Source: an uncultured Candidatus Rokubacteria bacterium (lineage in GTDB: Bacteria > Methylomirabilota > Methylomirabilia > Rokubacteriales > CSP1-6). From it: a DNA stretch of 64,000 bases. The notes under the pieces were generated by a model. That model saw nothing but the letters and a program-made list of their open reading frames with translations, did no database searches and was not told the origin of the DNA. Made by a program: the position numbers and the translations under genes. Where the stretch lies: positions 76,163 to 140,162 of the forward strand of contig CAVRLO010000015.1 of the NCBI GenBank assembly GCA_963721815.1. The letters run 5' to 3'. This document shows, one piece after another, positions 52,801 to 62,016 of this stretch (the stretch's first letter is position 1; each line of letters starts with the position of its first letter).

Positions 52801-52964
52801 GCACTCGCCCCGGGGTAGGACGAGGTCACCTGGATGGTCGGCGGGACGATCTCGGGATACTGGGCGACGGGCAAGATGTACAGGCACACGGCCCCGATGA
52901 TGACGGTGATGAGCGCGATGACGTTGGCGAAGATGGGCCGTTCGATGAAGAACGCGGAGATCAT
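49806..52964 (-). CDS. RND efflux permease (HAE1)
   Basis: 'FFIERPIFANVIA', 'AIGIVVDDAIIIVEN', 'KNAILIVEFA', 'RFRPIVMTS'. Confidence 0.95.
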   Translation of the reverse strand: MISAFFIERPIFANVIALITVIIGAVCLYILPVAQYPEIVPPTIQVTSSYPGASAEVVAATVGQPLEQAINGVEGSIYMSSVSSSDGTYTLTVTFDVGTELDTSLALVQNLANGAVSQLPGGAQAQGVNVRKVSPNILLVASLYSDDDRFEEIFLSNYALINLQNPLARIQGVGQVRIFGAGPYSMRVWLDPKRLQSFGITTADVLSAIQGQNVQVVAGRLGAPPVPDAQPFQFTINALGRLSNASQFEDIIVKNATGTAPQVVRLRDVARVDLSQQSFSNFSRFSGHKSAQIVMFALPGANAIQVANLVYAAMADMSKQFPEGMKYAIRYDTTLFVREAIRAVYETLFIAGVLVLIVILVFLQNLRAMLVPATTVPVTIIGAFIAMAMLGFTVNLMTLFALILAIGIVVDDAIIIVENSAHYIDTGMSPKDATIKAMQELTGPVVGITLALVAVFLPAAFLPGITGQIFRQFALVIAATAVISALNALTLKPVQCAMWLRPRGNKPPNVFYRGFNRAFQKSTDFYVGVVSRMVKRPALMSIVFVVIVAVTAWGFLRQPTGFLPTEDQGYAIIVTVLPEGSSQPRSREVAEKVNAILRRTEGVDAWVTIGGLSVLDFANVPNYSATFVVYKGWKERGKALSQDRIVADLNRQLSDIQEAFLFVAIPPPIRGLGQTGGFQMMVEDRRSLGLAELQRNAGELVQAANSNPSLRGLATTFSYRSPQLYLDIDRTKAESLQVQPASVFEALQSYLGSSFVNFFNSFNQVFQVYIQADSRYRLEPDDLRHLYVRNQNGAMVPLNTLIQVKRVQGTELVTRYNLYPAAAIFGSAAPGFSSGQALTLMEQLAAQTLPEGMSYDWTSTSYQEKKVGYQAYLIYALSLALVYLVLAALYESWTSPAAVIFVVPIALVGVLLALMSRGYDNNLFTQVGLVLMIALASKNAILIVEFARDLHREGMSITEAAVEATRRRFRPIVMTSFAFILGVVPLMVASGAGAASQQAIGTVVFGGMLASTLLAIPFVPVFYVLLESLHERRKRRKAPQTPEPDRSASSLG

Positions 52965-54123
52965 TGCCCGGCTTTGCCGGGGGCGGGGGCGTGTCGCCTT
53001 CACGCTGCGGCGTGACTTGTCGTCCGGGCGCGGCTCTCAGCAGACCGTTGACGACCACCGATTCCTTCCCCGTGAGACCGTCGTCGATGGCGCGCAGGGC
53101 ATCCACGGCGGAGCCGGTCTTGACGCCGCGGCGCTCCACGACGTTCTTCTCGTTCACCACCAGGACAAAAGCGCCCTGTTGGTCGTTGCCGACCGCTACC
53201 TCGGGCACCAGCAATGACGCTTTCTGCCCGAGCGGCACTCGCACCCGTGCATACAACCCCGGGAGAATCCGTCCGTCCTTATTCGGGAGGATGCCCCGCA
53301 TGAGCAGGCTCCCGGTGGTGGTCGTCAGGCTGATGGCGGCAAAGTCGAGGTGCCCCTGATGGGGGTAGCCGTCCTCACCGGGCAGGCCGGCCTGCACCGA
53401 CCACGTCCGCGAATCCGCCGCCCCAGGGATCCCGCCCGCGCGCCTGCGCAGGCGGGCCAGGTCATAGTCGCTGATGTTGAAGTAGACGTAGATCGGGTCG
53501 ATCTGGTTGATCGAGGCCAGGACGGTGTTTCCGCCTGACCCGACCAGGTTGCCGGGATCGACCTGCCTTCGGTCCATTCGCCCGTCGAACGGAGCCGCGA
53601 CCAGCGTGTAATCGAGATTGAGCTTCGCCAGGTCTCGCTGCGCCTCCGCCGACTTCAGGTTGGCCTGCGCCAGATCACGCTGGTAGCGCCAGTTGTCGAG
53701 ATCGGACTGTGTCCCCGCGTTGTGCTGAATCAAGTTCGTGAAGCGAACGAATTGGGATTCGGCGAACAGAAGCTGCGCCCGGAACTGCGAGATGGCGGCT
53801 TCGGCTTGCCGCAAGTTGTCCTCGTACGTGTTGCGCTGGATGACGAAGAGCGGCTGGCCTTTCTTGACGATTTGCCCGTCCTGGAACAGCACCTGCTCGA
53901 GATATCCCGCGACGCGGGCGACGAGCTGCACGGTGTAGATGGCCTGCGTGTTCCCGGTGAGCTCCAGATAGTCGGTCACCGTCCGCTGCTGCGGCTGGGC
54001 GACCGTCACCTTCGGGGGAGGCGGCGGCTGAGGCTTCGGTGTGTCTTTGCAGCCCGCCAGGAGCGCGGCGAGCGCGGATATCGTGATCCAGCCCGAGATG
54101 CGTGCGGTTCCGCGAAGGGTCAA
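52961..54123 (-). CDS. RND periplasmic adaptor (MFP)
   Basis: Lipobox LAGC; 'ARVAGYL', 'APFDG', 'PEVAVGNDQQG'. Confidence 0.85.
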
Positions 54124-54125
54124 GG

Positions 54126-55723
54126 CTACCAATCCGGAAGCCGAGGAGCGGACTCGGGTTGACGGGAGGCCGGCAGATTGTAGCTCGCGGGGGCGAGCAA
54201 CCCGCCCCAGTTCGTGCGCCGCTCCATTTCCGCCTTGATCTCGGGAGGCACCAGATCCTGGCCTTCCCTGATCTCCCAGCCGCCGCCAAGCGCACGATAG
54301 ATCCCGACGAGGCTCGTGGAGATGTTGCCCAACGTGCTCGCCAGGCTGTCCTGCTGAGCCAGGAGCGTGTTCTGCGCGGTCAGGACGGTCGTGAAATCCG
54401 TGATGCCTTCCCGGTACTGGATGACGGCCACGTCGAGAGCCTTCTTCGCGGAGGTGACGCTTTGGGCGAGCAACTCCGCCCGGTCCTGTGAGCGGAGGAA
54501 GGCGACCAGGTTGTCCTCGACATCCCGCTGGGCCGAGATCACCGCGTTCTGATAGCCGATGACCAGCGGCTGGAACGCCGCATCCTGGGCGCGGACGTTG
54601 TTCGTGATCTGGCCGTAGTTCAGGATGTTCCACTGAACGGAAGGGCCGGCCTGGATCGAGCGGGCTCCCCACCGGAACATATCGCTGAGCTTGAATCGCC
54701 CCAGATCTGTCGACACGAAGACCAGGCTGCCGTTCAAGCTGAAGACCGGAAGCAGATCGCCCTTGGCCACTCCGATCTGGGCGGATTGAGCGGCGGCCTG
54801 AAGCTCGGCGCTGCGGACGTCCGGTCGGCGGCGCAGCAGGTCGGCCGGGATGCCGACGATGACCTGGGGCGGTGACGCCGGGATTCCCGAAGAACCCGCC
54901 AGGACATCGCTCAGATCGCTCGGCGGCATGCCCAGCAGCACGCTGAGGGCATCCTGGGCCTGGCGCCGTTGCGCCTCGAGGGGCGGGATGGAAGCCTGGG
55001 TGTTCAGGAGCACGTCCTGGCCTGCTCGACATCCCGTTGTGTCGCCGTGCCGAATCTGAACCGCGCGTCGGTGATTTTCAGGATCTGGTCCTGGGCGTCC
55101 GCGTTCTCCCTTGCGATGCGAATGCGTTCTTCGGCGGTTCGGATCGCGATGTAGTCGTTCGCGACGTCTGCCGTCAGCGCCACCAGCGCGCTGTCGTAGT
55201 CCGCGAGTGTCGACAGCAAGGTGGCTTCGGCCGACTGGATGTTGCGCCGGATTCTTCCCCAGAAATCGAGCTCCCAGCTGGCCTGGACCCCGACCTGGGA
55301 CTGCCAGAAGCTGAGAGCACTGCCGCCGGAGATGGCCCCCGTCTCGGCCCGATCGCTCGTACGGAAGTACTCGACGGAACCGATGGCCTGCTGCGTTTGC
55401 GGGAAAATGCTACCGCTGGCGATCCCCAGCTGGGCTCGGGCCTGGAGAACCCGCACACCGGCCTGTCGGAGCGAGAGGTTTTCTCGGTAGGCCCGCTCGA
55501 CGAGGCGATTCAGGACCGGATCGTCGAAGGTCGTCCACCAGTTCCGGTTCGTGGCCGATTCGACGCTGACCCGTCGGTCCTTGCTCTCGAGCCAGCTGTC
55601 CGATACGGCCACCTCTGGCCGCTTGAAGTCCGGCCCGATCAGGCATCCGGTGAAGAGCAGGAGCACCGGAGCCAGGACGACGGCCGCACATCGGCTGCGA
55701 TGTGACCGCCTCATGTCATACAC
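54126..55723 (-). CDS. NodT/OprM-family outer-membrane factor; frameshift near 55020
   Basis: Lipobox FTGC-LIGPDF; 'WELDFWGR', 'LLRRRPDVR', 'YRALGGGW'. Confidence 0.85.
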
Positions 55724-55938
55724 GCTCGCGCACTCGATCTCGAAGTCAGGAAACTGAGCTCGGGGAAGACCCGAGCGTCAACGGGAGCACCCGATGCGCC
55801 CGATGCGCTCACGATACACCTGGCGTGAACCCCCCGGTCCTTTCAGCCCGATCAGGGATGGCCCGGGTTGCGCAGCGTGGACGGTGCGCGCACAATCGCA
55901 CGCGTCGTTGATGGACCCCTCGCCGTCAGGAGGAGAAG

Positions 55939-56853
55939 ATGCCGTACAGAATCTCGCGACTCGGCACGGTGGAGATTCGTAGCCTCGACCTCGACCGCGA
56001 TCTCGATTACTACGTCAATGTCCTGGGGCTGCAGTTGACGGCCCGCGAGGGGCGAACCGCGTACCTCAAAGGCTGGGACGAGCGGCACGCGTACTCGGTG
56101 ATGCTGACCGGAGCGGACCAGGCGGGAATGGCTCGAATGGCGTTTCGGACCGTCGATCCCGAGGACCTCGACTACTACGAGAACCGGCTGCGGAAGTTCA
56201 GTGTCAAGTACGACGTGATCCCGGAAGATTATCGCCGCGGCCGCGCTCTGCGCTTCACCGCGCCGTCGGGCCATGTCGTCGAGCTCTACAACGAGATGGA
56301 TTACACGGGTAACCTGTTGCCGACCGTCAATCCCGCTCCGTGGCCGGAGGGCCTCAAAGGGATCGCGCCTCCCCGTCTGGATCACACGCTCGTGACCGCG
56401 CCCGACCCCCCCAAGGCCATCCAGTTCTTCCAGGAAGTGCTCGAGTTCCGCGTGAGCGAGATGCTCGTCAACCCCGAGGGCGTGCCGGTGGCGGCATGGC
56501 TCTGGCAACGGCCCGCGCCCCACGACATTGCGATCGTGCCGGGTCGAGCTGGGGGATTTCACCATGCCGCCTTCACCGTGGATTCCGCCGAAGCGCTCTT
56601 CCGCGCGGCGGACATCCTGACGATGCACAAGGCCCGCATCGACTATGGGCCCGGCCGCCATGGGATCACGCGGGGCACGACGATCTACTTCTTCGATCCG
56701 TCCGGCAACCGCCTCGAGGCGTTTGGCGGCTACACGGCCTACCAGATGGATCCGGACTGCCGGGCGATCAAGTGGACGACGGACCAGATCGGACCAGCCG
56801 TCTTCTACTACTCCCAGGAGCTGAACGAGACCTTCCTGAGCGTCTACACATGA
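55939..56853 (+). CDS. xylE: Catechol 2,3-dioxygenase (type I extradiol dioxygenase)
   Basis: 'RLDH', 'PHDIA', 'FHHAAF', 'GPGRHGITRG.TIYFFDPSGNRLE'; GGAGG RBS. Confidence 0.85.
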   Translation: MPYRISRLGTVEIRSLDLDRDLDYYVNVLGLQLTAREGRTAYLKGWDERHAYSVMLTGADQAGMARMAFRTVDPEDLDYYENRLRKFSVKYDVIPEDYRRGRALRFTAPSGHVVELYNEMDYTGNLLPTVNPAPWPEGLKGIAPPRLDHTLVTAPDPPKAIQFFQEVLEFRVSEMLVNPEGVPVAAWLWQRPAPHDIAIVPGRAGGFHHAAFTVDSAEALFRAADILTMHKARIDYGPGRHGITRGTTIYFFDPSGNRLEAFGGYTAYQMDPDCRAIKWTTDQIGPAVFYYSQELNETFLSVYT

Positions 56854-56856
56854 GCC

Positions 56857-57231
56857 GTGGTCGCTGACTGTAGCTACACGGTCCGCTTTAGCCCGCTTGG
56901 CGACACCGTGGCCTGTCGAGATGGAGAGACCGTTTTAGCCGCGATCATGCGGTCCGGGGCCAAGGTTATGTTCGGCTGCCGCGGTGGTGGTTGTGGCACC
57001 TGCAAGATGCGTCTGATCTCGGGCCGTGTGGACCACGGCCGCTGCTCGGCGGCGGTTCTGCCGGAGACGGAGAAGAGAGAAGGCTCGTTCCTGTCCTGTC
57101 AGGCACGGCCCCTCACCGATCTTGTTGTCGAGCTGACTGAGACGAACCGGTACCGCAAGCCGTCCGTCCCGTGGCTGGTAGCGCATCCGCCCGGAAGCCG
57201 TTATCCTCTCCGCGAGGGGGAAACGCGATGA
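56857..57231 (+). CDS. xylT: Plant-type 2Fe-2S ferredoxin, XylT-like
   Basis: 'GCRGGGCGTCK...LSCQARP'; directly after the extradiol dioxygenase. Confidence 0.75.
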   Translation: MVADCSYTVRFSPLGDTVACRDGETVLAAIMRSGAKVMFGCRGGGCGTCKMRLISGRVDHGRCSAAVLPETEKREGSFLSCQARPLTDLVVELTETNRYRKPSVPWLVAHPPGSRYPLREGETR

Positions 57232-58160
57232 TGAAGATGACGATCGAGCCGGTGTCCGCCTTCAGTAGCCTCGACGTGCTGGTGGCCATGGAGGAAGGTC
57301 TGTTCAGCGCCGAGGGGCTCGATCTCCGGATGGCGTCGCGCGAGTCCCGCGACATCCGCTCCACCGCGGAAGGGACCCTGTCGAGCCCGGTGACGAATCA
57401 GGGACGGCTTCACGAACGAGGCGAAGCCACGATGTTCCAGGGGTGAGAGTGCGGCAATAACCGCCGGGTGGCGGAAAGCCGAGTGGGTTCGCTTCAGATC
57501 GGACGTCGGTCGATGATCGTCTGTGCTGCCCTCGTCGTTCCTCCCGACTCGAGTGTCTACGTGCCTCAGGAGCTGGCGAACCGGAAGGTGGGGCTGGATT
57601 ACGGCAACGGTACCGCCTACGCCGGGCTCCAGATGCTCGAGGGCGCCGTGCCGCGGGAAGCCATCACGACCTGCGCGGCCGTTACCCATCCGGGCGAGCG
57701 GTACGCGGCCATGATGAGGGGCGAGTTCGACGCGACGGTATTGCAGGAGCCATGGATCACAGTGGCCGAGAAGGCCGGCTGCCGTCTGGTCTCGACCACG
57801 TTCTTCCACGGCACGTGGGTCGGCGGCCCCGACCTCGATCCCGCGCTCTACGCCGCATTCCTCCGCGGCGTCATCCGGGCGGTCCGTCGCATCAAGGCCG
57901 ACAAGCGGCGGTACGTGTCGTACTTCAAGGAAGGCTGGGCCGCGGGGGACCCCGCGGTCCAGGCGCTGACGCCCGACGACTTCAATCTCGGGCGCATCCA
58001 GCTCAGGGAGCCGACCCCGATTCCGGAGGACGAGGCGCGCTGGGCCTGGGAGTGGATGGCGAGCTGGGGCGTGCTCCACGGAACGTTTGACGCCACCGCC
58101 CAGATCAATCGCAAGGTCGAGCGAGAGGCGCACGAGCTGGCGTTCGCCGCGCTCTCATGA
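57228..58160 (+). CDS. NitT/TauT-type ABC substrate-binding protein with in-frame TGA (candidate selenoprotein, 310 aa)
   Basis: ORFs 57171-57446 and 57468-58160 share one frame; TGA 57444-57446 is codon 73; 'ELANRKVG', 'GEFDATVLQEPWITVAEKAG'. Confidence 0.75.
57447..57481 (+). promoter_or_regulatory. Bacterial SECIS-like stem-loop
   Basis: CGGC-AATAA-CCGCC-GGGT-GGCGG-AAA-GCCG; apical loop starts 19 nt after the UGA. Confidence 0.65.
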
Positions 58161-58162
58161 CC

Positions 58163-58560
58163 TCAGGTGTCGCGCCGGAGGCGGCGTAGCAGCGCGGTCG
58201 GGGCGCAGTGATCGTGGCCCTCGCGGGCAGGCGCGCGCGCCGTTCGTGGTAGTACACGGTATCGAAGGCGCCGATGGCGCCTTGCAGGGCAAGGAGCCAC
58301 AGGGCCGTTGCGATCACGCCCAGATCCCGACGCGGACGTGTGAGCCTTGTCCGTCGACGCAGGCCTCTCGGGCCTCGACCCTGGGAGCGATCCACCGCGG
58401 GAGTGGAATGCGCAGCCGGCCGACCCGCGGCCGGGGTGAAACTCGAACCTACCGGTGGCCACGTCATCTGTCAGGTGTAGCGAGCGGATCGCCGGGTGCA
58501 GGTCGAGCCACGCGGGACCTAGCAGCCGGGGATACAGAGCGGCGGGAGGGTGATCCATCC
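58163..58560 (-). pseudogene. Fused remnants (DUF4166-like N-terminus and a membrane-protein N-terminus)
   Basis: 'LYPRLLGPAWLDLHPAIRSLH' and 'LWLLALQGAIGAFDTVYYHE' in different frames. Confidence 0.4.
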
Positions 58561-58619
58561 TCCGCCTACGATGGTTGGGCATTCCGCGGTCCGTCGCCGA
58601 AAATAGCGACGTGACCGGC

Positions 58620-59082
58620 ATGACGGCGATGCTCGCGCTCGGGCTCGTTGCGCTGACAGTTCCCGCTTTGCTCATCAACCTTTACTTCGCGTCGCTGATG
58701 CTAGGCCGGTGGCCCCGGCTCCGTCACCGCCTGGGCGTGCTGTTCACGACCTGCGGCGCGGACACGTCGTCTTGTGCCGTCGTGGTGCGGACGCCCTATG
58801 CCCGGCTGTTCGGTGGAGCACCAAACGTCCACGTCGGTATCGTCTGGAACCTGGCGTTGCTTGGTCTCGCGCTCTCGTGGATGCTGACCGGTCGGCTGGC
58901 GGTGCCATGGCCCTACTTGATCGTGGCGGGTGCGAGCGTGCTGGTCGGGCTTTACCTCGTCCGGGCCCTCGTCGTCGAGCTCAGACAGCCGTGCCCGCTC
59001 TGAATCGCTGGTCACGCCCTGCACGCGGCGGTCGCCGCACTGCTTGGAATCGTGTGGCCCCGGCGCGCGCTTCTCACGGGTG
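58620..59082 (+). CDS. Vitamin K epoxide reductase (VKOR) family protein with C-P-L-UGA motif (candidate selenoprotein); 3' end uncertain
   Basis: Loop Cys pair 'CGADTSSC..V.TPYARLFG', TM helices, 'QPCPL*IAGHALHAAVAALLGIVW'. Confidence 0.7.
59021..59043 (+). promoter_or_regulatory. Bacterial SECIS-like stem-loop
   Basis: GCA-C-GCGGC-GGTC-GCCGC-AC-TGC; apical loop starts 26 nt after the UGA. Confidence 0.55.
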
Positions 59083-59222
59083 AGAAGGCGAGGAGCTTGG
59101 GGGCGGACACCGCGGCACGCGGGGCGGGGGGCCGCACGCAAACCTTTTGGGGATTGAGCCCGAAGTCCCGCATTCTAGACATGACGCCATTTCAGACCCG
59201 GGACTCGAAGACGGAGATGTCC

Positions 59223-59750
59223 ATGTGGGATCTCGGCAACGTATTCACTGCGGCGCGGAAAGAGACCGTCACCGCGGAATATCTGGGCCGGCGCCTCGCG
59301 GACGAGGTCTGGAGGGACGTCCGTTCGCCGAAGGATCCACTCCCGACGACGTACGTGGCCTGGGAGTGGCTCATCATTCGAGCGTTCGTCGCGAGCCGCG
59401 CGGTCCACGCGCTCCTCGAAAGGAACGTCGTCGATCGGAACGTGGTCGATCGCACGGTCCGCGCCATGCAGGCCCGCCTCTGTCATCCCGCGCACTTCAA
59501 AACTCGGCATGCGCTGACGGCGTTCCGCGCGGTCGCCGAGCTGCGCTACCAGGAGTACCTGAACGCGTTCGACGTCTGGCGCACGCAAAAGGACGACGAC
59601 CAGCTGACGCGCGCGCTGGCGAGCCACGCCCTGACCGAGAACGCCGACTCCAAGGAAGTGCTCGATCTCTTCAGTCGCTTCGCCGCGTGCCTGCGGAAAC
59701 ACAACGAGGGACTCCGGATCAACCTGCACTTCAAGTTCAACGTGCGTTAG
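59223..59750 (+). CDS. Hypothetical helical protein
   Basis: GGAG RBS before ATG 59223; host-like codon usage. Confidence 0.5.
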   Translation: MWDLGNVFTAARKETVTAEYLGRRLADEVWRDVRSPKDPLPTTYVAWEWLIIRAFVASRAVHALLERNVVDRNVVDRTVRAMQARLCHPAHFKTRHALTAFRAVAELRYQEYLNAFDVWRTQKDDDQLTRALASHALTENADSKEVLDLFSRFAACLRKHNEGLRINLHFKFNVR

Positions 59751-60232
59751 CCTGAACCACCCCTTGCGAACACGCCTACGATCGATCCGTATGCGAGATG
59801 CGCCAGGATGGTCACCGTCGGCGTCGCGCGGCCGTAATTGAGCAGCAAGAAGCCGGGGGACTCCAGGAGCGGTGCGGAATCAGCGGCACTCATCGACGTT
59901 CCCATTCTCGGATGGACCAAAGGCAGGAGCAGGTTGACGAGCGTCGTGCCCGCGAACAGCGCATGGAGGAGGCCGAACACGGCCCCGAGCGCCCAGCCCG
60001 AACGACCCAGCGCCAGGAACGCCGCGTAGTAGGCGAGCGAGAAGAGGAGCCCGAAGACGAAGTGCAAGGCGTAGCCGACGACCCTCGCGCGCGAGCGGTC
60101 ATCGGTCCACGCGGTCCCGAGAAGGAAGGGGATGTCCATGCGAGTCAGACGCAGGTGATTGGCTCCGGCCAGCGTGATGGTCAGTACGAGGGTTCCCACG
60201 AAGCCCCCCGCCAGGGCGCTCCAGACGCTCAC
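59747..60232 (-). CDS. Membrane protein, 4 TM
   Basis: Hydrophobic helices; overlaps the GH15 stop. Confidence 0.65.
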   Translation of the reverse strand: MSVWSALAGGFVGTLVLTITLAGANHLRLTRMDIPFLLGTAWTDDRSRARVVGYALHFVFGLLFSLAYYAAFLALGRSGWALGAVFGLLHALFAGTTLVNLLLPLVHPRMGTSMSAADSAPLLESPGFLLLNYGRATPTVTILAHLAYGSIVGVFARGGSG

Positions 60233-62016
60233 TGGGAAGCCATCGCCATCGCGGCGCTGATCAGTGCGAGGTGGACGAGCCCTTGCGGAAAATTACCCAG
60301 GAAGTCGTGCGTCTCTGGTGCGATTTCTTCGGCGTACAGGCCGAGGTCGTTGGCGAGCCGGAGAAGATCCTCGAACAAGGCCTTCGCCTCGTCTCGCCGG
60401 CCGACGATGGCCAGAGCCTCCGCGAGCCAGAATGCGCAGCAGACGAACGCCCCCTCTTTGCCGGCGATTCCGTCGTCTCCCGTATATCGGTACAGCAACG
60501 GCCCCGAAGCCAGCTCCCGCCGAACCGCTTCGACCGTGCTCCGCAGCCGAGGGGATTCTGGAGAGTCATACCGCATGATCGCCATGAGCAGCAGGCTGGC
60601 ATCCAGCTCTTTGCTTCCGGCGTACCAGACGTAGCTGTTCTTCGCCTCGGACCAACAGTGGTCGTCGATGAAGCGACGAATATTCGCCGCCTCGTTGGCC
60701 CAGCGATCTGTGCGTCGGCCCGGAAGCCATCGCATGTGGGCCATTCGCACCGCGCGATCGAGCGCGACCCAGCACATGGCTTTGGACTGAGTGTGATGGC
60801 GAGGGTCAGCCCGGACTTCCCAGATCCCAGAGTCAGGCTCGCGCCAGTGCCGGCACACGAAATCCGCGATGCTGGCGAGGTCGTGAGCCGTGTCACGGCC
60901 GAGATGATGACCCGCTGTCGCGTACACGAAGGCGGCGTCGAGCAGCTCACCATACACGTCCAGCTGAAGCTGCCCCGCCGCTCCGTTGCCAATCCGAACG
61001 GGGCGGGAGCCACGATACCCATCGAGCGCCAGCGTCCGCTCTGCGGCGTCCGCCCCTCCGTCGAGGCGATACAACACCCGTAGGCGAGGCAGCGTGAGTC
61101 TCGTCGCGTGCATGAACCACCAGAAGAACGCCGTGGCCTCAACCTGCTTCCCCAGCTGGAGCAAGGCTTCGAGCGTGAACGACGAGTCGCGGATCCACGA
61201 GTATCGGTAATCCCAGTTCCGTTCGCCGCCGATCGCCTCGGGCAGCGACGTCGTGGGGGCCGCCGCAATGGCGCCTGAGGGCGCGAACACCAGCAGCTTC
61301 AGCGCCAGCGCGCTACGCACCACGGCGTCTCTCCAGGGTCCGGTGTAGGTGAGGTCGGCCGCCCATCTTCGCCAGAATTCGACGGTGGCATCCGCGCGAG
61401 CCTCCGCCTGGGCGCGACCCGGGAAGACGAGTGGCTCGGCGTGAGCCGTGACCATTGCGATGGTGGCGCGGCCGCCTTCGCGGATCTCGAAGTCCGCCCC
61501 CATGCCCGCCACGTCGCACTGCACCGATCCCGCGTCCCATGCGCATATGGCCAGGGCGTCGCTTCCGCTCGTGGCCACCGGGTACGGTCGCCGCGATTCC
61601 AGCCGCATCGGCGTCGAGCCGTAGCCGAAGCGCGGCTCGACACGCCAGCTCATAGGGACATACCCGGAGAGGCCCTCCAGGCGCCGGACCAGCTCGCGAG
61701 CCGGGCTCAGAGCACGCCCAGGCAAGGTCATGGCGTCTGTTACCCTGACCACGCCCGTCGAGGTGGTGAATGTCGTCTCCAGCACGTTGGTGTCCGGCAG
61801 GTAGCGGCGGCGCGTCTCGTGAGCCTGTCGAGGACGGAGGGTGAAGTGCCCACCGCGCTTGGCGTCGAGGATGGCGGCCAACACGCTCGGTGAGTCGAGG
61901 TCCGGAAGGCAGAGCCAGTCGATCGACCCGTCCAGCGCGACCAATGCAACGGTGCGACCGTCGCCGATCGCCGCGTACTCGCGAAGCGGGGGGTAGGCGG
62001 GCCTTCGATCCAGCAT
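60229..62016 (-). CDS. Glycoside hydrolase family 15 (glucoamylase/trehalase-like)
   Basis: 'YAAIGDGRT', 'APTTSLPE..GGERNWDYRYSWIRD', 'QLDVYGE', 'GLYAEE', 'NFPQGLVH'. Confidence 0.92.
   Translation of the reverse strand: MLDRRPAYPPLREYAAIGDGRTVALVALDGSIDWLCLPDLDSPSVLAAILDAKRGGHFTLRPRQAHETRRRYLPDTNVLETTFTTSTGVVRVTDAMTLPGRALSPARELVRRLEGLSGYVPMSWRVEPRFGYGSTPMRLESRRPYPVATSGSDALAICAWDAGSVQCDVAGMGADFEIREGGRATIAMVTAHAEPLVFPGRAQAEARADATVEFWRRWAADLTYTGPWRDAVVRSALALKLLVFAPSGAIAAAPTTSLPEAIGGERNWDYRYSWIRDSSFTLEALLQLGKQVEATAFFWWFMHATRLTLPRLRVLYRLDGGADAAERTLALDGYRGSRPVRIGNGAAGQLQLDVYGELLDAAFVYATAGHHLGRDTAHDLASIADFVCRHWREPDSGIWEVRADPRHHTQSKAMCWVALDRAVRMAHMRWLPGRRTDRWANEAANIRRFIDDHCWSEAKNSYVWYAGSKELDASLLLMAIMRYDSPESPRLRSTVEAVRRELASGPLLYRYTGDDGIAGKEGAFVCCAFWLAEALAIVGRRDEAKALFEDLLRLANDLGLYAEEIAPETHDFLGNFPQGLVHLALISAAMAMASQ

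Noticed and set aside
52708-55032. 774-aa fused ORF
   Set aside because: Shadow frame over the OMF plus the true MFP, extended by a 3' indel.
59052-59750. 232-aa ORF as one gene, or a true VKOR fusion
   Set aside because: The 5' part is the VKOR last helix plus G-rich spacer-like sequence, and a separate RBS/ATG exists at 59223; fusion is not excluded but unsupported.
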